Source: a virus
Direction: 5' to 3' (one strand)
Length of the DNA stretch: 64,000 bases
Virus record (IMG/VR): IMGVR_UViG_3300029267_002792
The notes below the pieces were generated by a model. The model worked only from the letters and a program-made list of their open reading frames with translations. It did not search any database and was not told where the DNA came from. The position numbers and the translations under genes are program-made. Below are positions 19,381 through 26,092 of the stretch, piece by piece (position 1 is the stretch's first letter; every line of letters begins with the position of its first letter).

Positions 19381-19614
19381 CTATTCCACTTCCTCGATAT
19401 CCCGAACTCGTCCGAACTTGAAGACGACCCTCATGTCCCGATACCACTCGATACCGCAGTCTCCACACACGAACGAGGCATTCATCGCGTTGCCGCCTAC
19501 CTCGTCCTCATCCAGCTCATACTGGCCCCAGTCCTCGAAGACCTCTTCACCGCACCGTGGACACTTGTCTTCCAGGAGGCAGTGTTGGACGTGCAGCTCA
19601 CTTAGCTTGGCCAT
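19381..19614 (-). CDS. Zinc-ribbon protein
   Basis: CPRCG...CGDCG. Confidence 0.65.
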   Translation of the reverse strand: MAKLSELHVQHCLLEDKCPRCGEEVFEDWGQYELDEDEVGGNAMNASFVCGDCGIEWYRDMRVVFKFGRVRDIEEVE

Positions 19615-20029
19615 TGTGGCGCTCCTCGGCGTAGTGATTGAAAAGCTCCTGTATGTCGTCGATCGGTCCCTTCTCCGGACCGTTGTAGATCGTGTAACCG
19701 TTTCTCTCCAACCATGAGAGGAAGTGCAGGAGAACGTCCGCGCGCTCGGTTGCTATTGTCTTGGCCACGTCCTCAAGGTGTTCGCTTCCGATGGGCTTGA
19801 GATCGCCCTCGATTGTGGCGGTCGCCAAGGCGTCTGCGATGGCCGTGAGATGTATTGAGAGTGTATTGGACAGGATCGAAACGAGCTGACCTCCCCCCAT
19901 CCCGTCATTGGGTACGATAGCGAGGGCTTCCAAGGACTCGGAGGTGCCGCCTCCCCAGTCGAGGAACAAGGTTCCGTGACCTTCAGGCTCTTCACGCAAT
20001 ACCAATGTGATCCGGTGATGGGTGTACAT
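19598..20029 (-). CDS. Hypothetical protein
   Basis: 143-aa ORF behind the leftward promoter near 20097. Confidence 0.65.
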   Translation of the reverse strand: MYTHHRITLVLREEPEGHGTLFLDWGGGTSESLEALAIVPNDGMGGGQLVSILSNTLSIHLTAIADALATATIEGDLKPIGSEHLEDVAKTIATERADVLLHFLSWLERNGYTIYNGPEKGPIDDIQELFNHYAEERHNGQAK

Positions 20030-20129
20030 GCTACCTCCTCCTTCGGAGCCGTTGCCCCGACGACCCCTACCACATAACCCGGAATTGTTAGCGGTGTCAA
20101 TAGCAATCGTCCCCGGAGCTGAAAGGTGG

Positions 20130-20158
20130 TTGACAATGCCTCCGCTTGTTGGTAATCT
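20130..20158 (+). promoter_or_regulatory. Sigma70-type promoter for CRISPR leader/array 2
   Basis: TTGACA (20130) - 17 bp - TAATCT (20153). Confidence 0.8.
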
Positions 20159-20176
20159 CCAGAGCGTGAATCAGAT

Positions 20177-20286
20177 GCCGATATTCCAGTCGGTGGCACT
20201 GCGTGAGAGCGCGGTGTTCTTGCCTCGTCTCGAACGAGGAACTCATGTGTGTGGAGGAGAACCGTTTTTTTTCGGCTCAGCGTGGC
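20177..20286 (+). ncRNA. Structured CRISPR leader RNA, copy 2 (three hairpins)
   Basis: CCGAT-attcca-GTCGG; GCACTGCG-tgagag-CGCGGTGT; CCTCGT-ctcga-ACGAGG. Confidence 0.6.
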
Positions 20287-20366
20287 GCACGCGCGGGGAT
20301 GGACCGGAGTACACGATGGACCAGAGATTTGCAGAGCAGGTTCCCCCGCACGCGTGGGGATGGTCT
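20287..20366 (+). CRISPR. Mini-array 2: 5'-truncated repeat, one 33-bp spacer, degenerate repeat
   Basis: GCACGCGCGGGGATGGACC (20287-305); spacer GGAGTACACGATGGACCAGAGATTTGCAGAGCA; GGTTCCCCCGCACGCGTGGGGATGGTCT (20339-366). Confidence 0.85.
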
Positions 20367-20690
20367 TCCACGGAAGAGCGATCTCCCTCCCCGGGCACGG
20401 TGAACGGAGTACTGATAAGTACGTTCCAAGGAGCGGCGAAAAAGTGTCTGGGAGGCGCATTTTTTACTTGACTCTAGGGTTTGCGCTTGACACTCTGAAC
20501 TCAGCGCACGGGAGTTAGGTTTTAGCTCAGAGCACCCGATAGAGCAGACAATGACACGGCAAGAACAGCGCAGGTTGAAGCATGCTAACGGAGGGTATCG
20601 ACCGTCATGGTTGTGTATACCCTCCTGCGGCGCGAATACCGTCGTGACTTTTGCCGCCGATATTACGCTCCAGGAGGGTAGCCCAGGGTA

Positions 20691-20759
20691 GCGGCTTTCG
20701 CACAAACGCAACATCCGCGAAAGCCGCCCCGGGAAGCCGAGGCGGCTTTTGACGTTTTT
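20691..20759 (+). terminator. Alternative terminator/antiterminator hairpins upstream of the tRNA cluster
   Basis: GCGGCTTTCGC/GCGAAAGCCGC competes with AAAGCCGCC/GGCGGCTTT, followed by TGACGTTTTT. Confidence 0.5.
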
Positions 20760-20794
20760 GGGATTGAAGGTTTGGAGTTTGAAGTAGGACAACT

Positions 20795-20867
20795 GGGTCG
20801 CTAGCTCAATTGGCAGAGCAGCAGGCTTTTACCCTGAAGGTTCCCGGATCGTTGCCGGGGCGGCCCA
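20795..20867 (+). tRNA. trnK: tRNA-Lys(TTT), atypical T-loop ATCGTTG
   Basis: GGGTCGC/GCGGCCC; loop CTTTTAC. Confidence 0.8.
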
Positions 20868-20977
20868 CCGATCGAGAACGAGACTCGCTAGGAGTCTCTC
20901 GGCGACGGCCGCTCGCTCTGTGACAACTGAGCATCTTCGACCCTGGGACTCTACCCAGGTCCCAGGGTCACTATTAT

Positions 20978-21049
20978 GGGTCTCTGGCGTAACGGCAGCG
21001 TCGCGGCCTCTTAAGCCGTCAGGTCCGGGTTCAAATCCCGGGGGACCCA
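20978..21049 (+). tRNA. trnK: tRNA-Lys(CTT)
   Basis: GGGTCTC/GGGACCC; loop CTCTTAA. Confidence 0.9.
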
Positions 21050-21055
21050 CTGCAG

Positions 21056-21128
21056 GGGTCGGAAGTTCAGGAGGTAGAACGGCGGCCTGTTAAGCCGAGA
21101 GTTGTGGGTTCAAATCCCACCCGACCCG
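21056..21128 (+). tRNA. trnN: tRNA-Asn(GTT)
   Basis: GGGTCGG/CCGACCC; loop CTGTTAA. Confidence 0.92.
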
Positions 21129-21132
21129 CGAT

Positions 21133-21205
21133 TGGGGTGTAGTTCAGTTGGCAGAACGGCTGACTCTGGCTCAGCATGTCGGGGGTTCGAGTCCTCCCAC
21201 CCCAA
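21133..21205 (+). tRNA. trnQ: tRNA-Gln(CTG)
   Basis: TGGGGTG/CACCCCA; loop CTCTGGC. Confidence 0.92.
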
Positions 21206-21206
21206 C

Positions 21207-21335
21207 CGATCCGAATGCTCGATGGGGAATACATCGTCTGATAAACGATCGAAGTAGGTTCGATTCCTACCAGCCCGAACTGCCGGGCTGCCAGGTTCGG
21301 GAGAAAAAACTTCTCCGTCATCCCTTGTCGGATCG
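21207..21335 (+). ncRNA. Y-RNA-like 1 (Ile-GAT anticodon arm plus T arm)
   Basis: CGATCCGAATGCT...GGGGAATACAT...CCCTTGTCGGATCG; ATCGT-CTGATAA-ACGAT; GTAGG-TTCGATT-CCTAC. Confidence 0.85.
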
Positions 21336-21338
21336 ATT

Positions 21339-21411
21339 ACCGGAGTAGCTCAACGGAAGAGCGGCGGACTTTGACTCCGCGTCAGCGTAGGTTCGACCCC
21401 TACCTCCGGTG
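21339..21411 (+). tRNA. trnQ: tRNA-Gln(TTG)
   Basis: ACCGGAG/CTCCGGT; loop CTTTGAC. Confidence 0.92.
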
Positions 21412-21532
21412 CTAACCCGAAACCGAGCTTCAGAGCAACGGGCGGGGGCAGCGACCTTCGGGATGCTGCCACGTCTTCGAGAGACGCACACAGCGCCTCG
21501 TGCTACGGATACGCCCTGGCCGGAGACGTACT

Positions 21533-21604
21533 GGGTGACGCGCAGGGTACGCGGGCTGGTCTCCAAAACCGGCTGTCTGCTGAGTTCGATTCTCAGGTCG
21601 CCCG
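21533..21604 (+). tRNA. trnW: tRNA-Trp(CCA), atypical D arm
   Basis: GGGTGAC/GTCGCCC; loop CTCCAAA. Confidence 0.82.
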
Positions 21605-21606
21605 CT

Positions 21607-21723
21607 AGGCCGAATGCTTTGGTGGGAGTACATAGTCTAATTGGTAAAGACATTTGCCTTCTAAGCAAAGATTCCAGGTTCGAGTCCTGGTGTACACAAA
21701 CTCTCATCGTCACTTGTCGGCCT
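21607..21723 (+). ncRNA. Y-RNA-like 2 enclosing a full tRNA-Arg(TCT) cloverleaf (21626-21698)
   Basis: AGGCCGAATGCT...CACTTGTCGGCCT; inside: GTCT/AGAC D arm, TTTGC-CTTCTAA-GCAAA, CCAGG-TTCGAGT-CCTGG. Confidence 0.85.
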
Positions 21724-21728
21724 TACTT

Positions 21729-21802
21729 GGGGCTACGGGCCAGGTGGAGTGGCCGCCTCCCTGTCACGGAGGAGATCGCGAGTTCGACTCTCGTTAGCCC
21801 CG
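21729..21802 (+). tRNA. trnD: tRNA-Asp(GTC)
   Basis: GGGGCTA/TAGCCCC; loop CTGTCAC. Confidence 0.92.
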
Positions 21803-21971
21803 CAAGAGATCAACCCAGTACCGCCTTCCGGTCATTCGGAGGGTTAGCCCCGAACTACGTGGGTCGGGGACGATACGTTCATTCTCCTTGCGAGGGGACG
21901 TAGAGGCGAAAGGTTCGAGATCTTAGATGCTCCCTCGCTCGTCGGACAATCCAGGCGAGCGTTGGAGCGCT

Positions 21972-22043
21972 GGGGAGGTAGTTCAATCGGTAGAACATGG
22001 GATTGAAGATCCCAGAACGTCGGTTCAATTCCGGCCCTTCCCG
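21972..22043 (+). tRNA. trnF: tRNA-Phe(GAA)
   Basis: GGGGAGG/CCTTCCC; loop TTGAAGA. Confidence 0.92.
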
Positions 22044-22045
22044 CT

Positions 22046-22123
22046 GGACCGAATGCTGAAGGGAGTACATTGTCGCCTAAACCCCGACTCAAAGCCCTGT
22101 CTCTCTTTGACCCTTGTCGGTCC
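22046..22123 (+). ncRNA. Y-RNA-like 3 (short)
   Basis: GGACCGAATGCT..GGGAGTACAT...CCCTTGTCGGTCC; payload GTCG-CCTAAACCC-CGAC. Confidence 0.82.
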
Positions 22124-22126
22124 TGC

Positions 22127-22200
22127 CCGCGTGTGGCCCAACCTGGTCGGGCGCCAGCTTTGGGAGCTGGAAGATGCAGGTTCAAATCCTGTCGCGCGGA
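22127..22200 (+). tRNA. trnP: tRNA-Pro(TGG)
   Basis: CCGCGTG/CGCGCGG; loop TTTGGGA. Confidence 0.92.
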
Positions 22201-22208
22201 CTAAGTTT

Positions 22209-22290
22209 CCCCCGATAGACACCTATGGATGGTGGACCGGCTGTAACCCGGTTGCCGACGGCCAGGGAGGTTCGATTCCTTCTCGGGGGA
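22209..22290 (+). tRNA. trnY: tRNA-Tyr(GTA), apparent C1-G72
   Basis: CCCCCGA/TCGGGGG; loop CTGTAAC; long variable arm. Confidence 0.85.
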
Positions 22291-22297
22291 CCGGAAC

Positions 22298-22369
22298 GGT
22301 GGTCATGGTGTAGCGGAAGCACGCCAGGTTGTGGTCCTGGAAGCGCGGGTTCGATTCCCGTTGACTACC
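22298..22369 (+). tRNA. trnH: tRNA-His(GTG) with G-1/C73
   Basis: G-GTGGTCA/TGACTAC-C; loop TTGTGGT. Confidence 0.92.
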
Positions 22370-22375
22370 CCGCAC

Positions 22376-22448
22376 GCCCCTGAGGTCCAACTGGAAGGAC
22401 ATCACCCTCCTAAGGTGAAGATTGCGGGTTCGAGCCCCGCCGGGGGCT
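22376..22448 (+). tRNA. trnR: tRNA-Arg(CCT)
   Basis: GCCCCTG/CGGGGGC; loop CTCCTAA. Confidence 0.92.
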
Positions 22449-22493
22449 CTGGATGTGCTTGTTCTGGAAGAGCGTCGTCTGTAGACTCTGAAC

Positions 22494-24641
22494 ATGGCAA
22501 CAAAGAGCCCGACACAGCACCACTCCTACTGGGGAGTCGTCGCCAGCGCGAGTCAGCTCCCGAACGTGTCTGGAGCTACAATCCAGGACGCAGCCGTTGA
22601 GGCCGGGGATACCGCCTACGTTACTGGTTCCGGTACGTATCAGTGCGACGACGCGACAGTTGGCGCAGCTGTCTGGTCATCCGTAGGCTCCGCCGTTGTA
22701 GGGATAGGGACCATAGCTGCACCAGCTGAGAAGGTCGTTTGGGCCTGGAACGGGGTAGACACCTCGCAGCTTGCAACTCCCCTGGATATCGGAGCCCCGA
22801 CAGGGACGCTCACCGTCGCCCCCTTCCCCACGGGGTACGATACCCCGACTCGGAATCGGTTGCTGTATTCTCACACGGGCACGGGTGCGAACCGGATCTA
22901 TCTCATCGACGACCTCCCGGACCCGATGCCGAATGTCTTCATCATCGAGATTGTCCTTGGGCCGCGAGGGGCCACACTGGGATCGAATACGACGGCATTC
23001 CTGTGGATCGCAGGGCAGGACACCACACACTTCCTGACTTTCAATCGCCACACGGACAACGTCACACCGATTGTCCAGGCCTACAACAACATCTCCCCCA
23101 CCGTCGGTGGGTGCTATCGGTTCCTGGGCGGGGCGATCTTGTCGAACGCGGACGAGGGACAGCTCATCCGCCTGCGCGTCGAAGTCCGCGACCCAGATAC
23201 CTCGAACGACCCCGGGATCAGCATCGTTCCCCTCCATCCCAGCGAGCCGGACATTTCCCCTCACCGGTTCTCCGCGGACGCCATGACACCATCAGGCGGG
23301 GCAACGTGTCCCGCCGCTGGTTGGCACTCCTCCTGGAGATCGGGTGGCACGATCAAGAACATCGGAATCGCCTTCGAGGAGCGAGGTAATCCAGGCGTTG
23401 GCTACGTCTCCGATCTCAGAATCCTGGAGCCGATGCAGCAGATCACTACGACGGGCGGGGGCGGGACCTCGGTGGAGTACGACTGGGCCACAAACTACCT
23501 CTACACCCAGCAGAGCCCGGTCGTGGAGAAGACGATCGGGCACGGATACATGGACGGGGCGGACGTTGGCGGATCGATCTATTTCCGAGCCGTCCTCAAC
23601 CCCCAGTTCTCGGTCGCTGGTTCTGCTCAGGTCAAGCTTTACGACGTTGGGCCGGCGCTGGGACCTCCGGCCGTGCCGACGCTGATCGCCACGCTCACAG
23701 TCAGTTCGAGCGGGTTGGCGTACGTACAGGAGGCGCTCTCAATCGCCGGCTCTCCAGGTCTCGGACAGATCGCGGATAGCGCCCGAATGTACGAAGTCAC
23801 GGTCACGCAGACCTCGCAAGTCGGAGATACGGTCCTGGTAGGCTCGGCCGGGGTCTCTGACAGGGCGAACTTCAGAATCGAGCCTCCGGCAGTTGTCCCC
23901 GCCCAAACCGAACTGTGGGCGTGGGACAAGACCAGCGTGACTCAGCTCGGCGATGGTGTCGGAGGTCCTACGGCTTCGGACATCCCGACCACGGGCTCCC
24001 TCTCCGTAGGAGCTTTTCCGGCAGGCCTGGACTGCGCGCAAAAACCTCGACTTGAGTATGCGCACACCAACGCTGGCGCGCTCGCGTTTTTCGAGATTCG
24101 GGACTTGCCGGACGACTTCCCCGATGACTTCGTGCTCGAATTCAAGTTGGGTCCCCGAGAGAGCAGTCCCGGAGGCCTCACAACCAATCCGCAGGTTGTA
24201 TTGGCGTATCAGGACATCACACACTGGTTTTCGGTGTACCGTGGTGGCGGTCTGACCAACGCTCACCTCAAGTGTGCCAACAACAACAACGGGAAGACAG
24301 CCTACACCTACAAGACGACGATCACGTCCCTCCTGAACAATCAGGAGGGCAGCCACTACCGCATCGCGTGCAGCTACAACGACCCGACGCCGACATCCGA
24401 CCCGGGGTGTGAGTGGGTTCTCCAAATCCCAACGTACACCGGTCGTAGGCGAGCAAACTCAACTGGGTGGAACGCAGTTGGAGGGGCAACTCCTCCCTCA
24501 ACGTCTTGGGATGGCGGATGGAGGACGGGCGGTACGATCAAACGCATTGGAATTATGTTCGAGGAGATGGGAACTAGCCCGAACCCGGGGTTGGGCTGGA
24601 TCTCTGACCTTCGCATCCTGTCTTGGGCGCCGCTGGGATAA
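22494..24641 (+). CDS. Beta-rich putative virion/receptor-binding protein with a duplicated ~250-aa domain
   Basis: Two copies of WAW..T.QL...L.V..FP.G.D...RL.Y.HT...LGPR...W...WR.GGTIK.IGI.FEE.G..G.G..SDLRIL. Confidence 0.8.
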   Translation: MATKSPTQHHSYWGVVASASQLPNVSGATIQDAAVEAGDTAYVTGSGTYQCDDATVGAAVWSSVGSAVVGIGTIAAPAEKVVWAWNGVDTSQLATPLDIGAPTGTLTVAPFPTGYDTPTRNRLLYSHTGTGANRIYLIDDLPDPMPNVFIIEIVLGPRGATLGSNTTAFLWIAGQDTTHFLTFNRHTDNVTPIVQAYNNISPTVGGCYRFLGGAILSNADEGQLIRLRVEVRDPDTSNDPGISIVPLHPSEPDISPHRFSADAMTPSGGATCPAAGWHSSWRSGGTIKNIGIAFEERGNPGVGYVSDLRILEPMQQITTTGGGGTSVEYDWATNYLYTQQSPVVEKTIGHGYMDGADVGGSIYFRAVLNPQFSVAGSAQVKLYDVGPALGPPAVPTLIATLTVSSSGLAYVQEALSIAGSPGLGQIADSARMYEVTVTQTSQVGDTVLVGSAGVSDRANFRIEPPAVVPAQTELWAWDKTSVTQLGDGVGGPTASDIPTTGSLSVGAFPAGLDCAQKPRLEYAHTNAGALAFFEIRDLPDDFPDDFVLEFKLGPRESSPGGLTTNPQVVLAYQDITHWFSVYRGGGLTNAHLKCANNNNGKTAYTYKTTITSLLNNQEGSHYRIACSYNDPTPTSDPGCEWVLQIPTYTGRRRANSTGWNAVGGATPPSTSWDGGWRTGGTIKRIGIMFEEMGTSPNPGLGWISDLRILSWAPLG

Positions 24642-24765
24642 GGCGAAAGGAACGAGTCGCTCGGCGTCTATTTTTACCAACTCACTGCAAGTGCGGGGAA
24701 GGGTACGTCCCAGATCTCCGAATTTTGGAACCAGTGGATTGATCAGTCTGCCAATTCATGAATAC

Positions 24766-24837
24766 CTCCTGGTCGTCTAATGGTAAAGACACCGGTCTGA
24801 TAAATCGGAAATGGTGGTTCGATTCCACTCCAGGGGA
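24766..24837 (+). tRNA. trnI: tRNA-Ile(GAT)
   Basis: CTCCTGG/CCAGGGG; loop CTGATAA. Confidence 0.92.
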
Positions 24838-24841
24838 CCGC

Positions 24842-24913
24842 GGTCCTGTAGCTCGAAGGTACGAGCATCCGGCTCATAACCGGACGGTGTGGGTTCGATT
24901 CTCACCAGGACTA
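24842..24913 (+). tRNA. trnM: tRNA-CAT (elongator Met or Ile2)
   Basis: GGTCCTG/CAGGACT; loop CTCATAA. Confidence 0.88.
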
Positions 24914-24918
24914 CTAGC

Positions 24919-24990
24919 GGGCGAGTGGCCAAACGGGAAGGCGCCTCCTTGACGCGGAGGAGATCGTGGGTTCGACTCCCTCCTCGCCCA
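24919..24990 (+). tRNA. trnV: tRNA-Val(GAC)
   Basis: GGGCGAG/CTCGCCC; loop TTGACGC. Confidence 0.9.
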
Positions 24991-24991
24991 C

Positions 24992-25157
24992 CGAAGGTTT
25001 GGGTTGGGACCTGCTAAGGACAGGATACGTTGAAGATGAGAGCTGGGGTTCTCACCGTCGCCGCCCGATGCGCCCAACATCACCGATTCCCCAGGGTTGG
25101 TTTTTGGCGGGCGCAGGCCCGCGATGGCGTAGCAAAGCCTGTTAGCCCAAATCTTCG
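24992..25157 (+). ncRNA. Orphan structured RNA (~166 nt)
   Basis: 14-bp terminal helix CGAAGGTTTGGGTT/AGCCCAAATCTTCG; exactly fills the gap between two tRNAs. Confidence 0.6.
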
Positions 25158-25160
25158 TTA

Positions 25161-25233
25161 GGGGTACTAGCTCATCCGGGAGAGCGCTACGCTGGCAGCG
25201 TAGAGGTGCGGGGTTCAAGTCCCCGGTACTCCA
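25161..25233 (+). tRNA. trnA: tRNA-Ala(GGC)
   Basis: G3-U70; loop CTGGCAG. Confidence 0.93.
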
Positions 25234-25235
25234 CC

Positions 25236-25309
25236 GGGCCAAATGCTGGACGGGATTACATTGTCTTATTTGGGACTAAAACGTCATCTCGTCAATCCCT
25301 TGTTGGCCC
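25236..25309 (+). ncRNA. Y-RNA-like 4 (short)
   Basis: GGGCCAAATGCT..GGGATTACAT...CCCTTGTTGGCCC (compensatory G-C to A-U pair). Confidence 0.82.
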
Positions 25310-25318
25310 TCCATTTTT

Positions 25319-25391
25319 GGGCCTGTAGCTCAGCTGGGAGAGCGCCTGCTTCGCATGCAGGAGGTCAGCAGTTCGATTCTGCTCAGGTCCA
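25319..25391 (+). tRNA. trnA: tRNA-Ala(CGC)
   Basis: G3-U70; loop TTCGCAT. Confidence 0.93.
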
Positions 25392-25420
25392 CTGCGACGA
25401 ATGATTGTGTCGTCGCTCCC

Positions 25421-25493
25421 GGGTCCGTGGTGAAATTGGGATCACACCTGGCTTGCACCCAGGAGTTGAGGGTTCGATTCCCTCCGGTATCCA
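25421..25493 (+). tRNA. trnA: tRNA-Ala(TGC), bulged acceptor stem
   Basis: GGGTCCG/CGGTATCC; loop CTTGCAC. Confidence 0.85.
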
Positions 25494-25497
25494 CTCT

Positions 25498-25573
25498 GCC
25501 CCGAAAGAATCAATGGCGATTCACCTCCTTGGTATGGAGGAGACGGCGGGTTCGATCCCCGCTCGGGGCTCCA
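25498..25573 (+). tRNA. trnT: tRNA-Thr(GGT), CCA encoded
   Basis: GCCCCGA/TCGGGGC; loop TTGGTAT. Confidence 0.9.
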
Positions 25574-25574
25574 A

Positions 25575-25647
25575 GCCGGTCTAGCTCACCAGGAAGAGCG
25601 TCAGCTTCCCAAGCTGAAGGCAACGGGTTCGAGTCCCGTGACCGGCT
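25575..25647 (+). tRNA. trnG: tRNA-Gly(CCC)
   Basis: GCCGGTC/GACCGGC; loop TTCCCAA. Confidence 0.93.
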
Positions 25648-25648
25648 C

Positions 25649-25769
25649 CGGCCGAATGCTCGATGGGACTACATAGGTTCAACTCCTTTATCCGCCGCCA
25701 AGGCCCCGCACGGGGCCGCTCTATGGCGGATGCCCTTCGGGGGCATGTCTCATCATCCCTTGTCGGCCG
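25649..25769 (+). ncRNA. Y-RNA-like 5 (mini T arm plus GC hairpins)
   Basis: CGGCCGAATGCT..GGGACTACAT...CCCTTGTCGGCCG; AGG-TTCAACT-CCT; GCCC-TTCG-GGGC. Confidence 0.85.
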
Positions 25770-25772
25770 TTT

Positions 25773-25844
25773 GCCGGAGAGATCCTACGGTTGGGTGTCA
25801 GCCTTCCAAGCTGATTGCAGCGGGTTCGATTCCCGTCTCCGGCT
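25773..25844 (+). tRNA. trnG: tRNA-Gly(TCC)
   Basis: GCCGGAG/CTCCGGC; loop CTTCCAA. Confidence 0.9.
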
Positions 25845-25846
25845 CC

Positions 25847-25998
25847 GGACCTCGAATGCTTAGGTGGGATTACATAGCAATTCGAGTCTAATCGATAGAT
25901 AGGAGGTTCGATTCCTCCCCGGCCTGCCGGTCCTCCAGGACCACAATTCTAGGCCGGAAGCTAAATGGGAATAGTCTCACCCCCACTTGTCGAGGTCC
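25847..25998 (+). ncRNA. Y-RNA-like 6 (YrlA-type order: T arm, closed acceptor, D-like loop), directly upstream of rsr
   Basis: GGACCTCGAATGCT...CACTTGTCGAGGTCC; GGAGG-TTCGATT-CCTCC; CCGGCCT/AGGCCGG. Confidence 0.85.
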
Positions 25999-26092
25999 TC
26001 TCTTGACTATCTCAGATGAGGTCGCTTCTCGGTATTCGGAGGAGATTGGCCTGGCCATGGAGCGCCACACTATTGGTGGCAGGGAGGTCATC

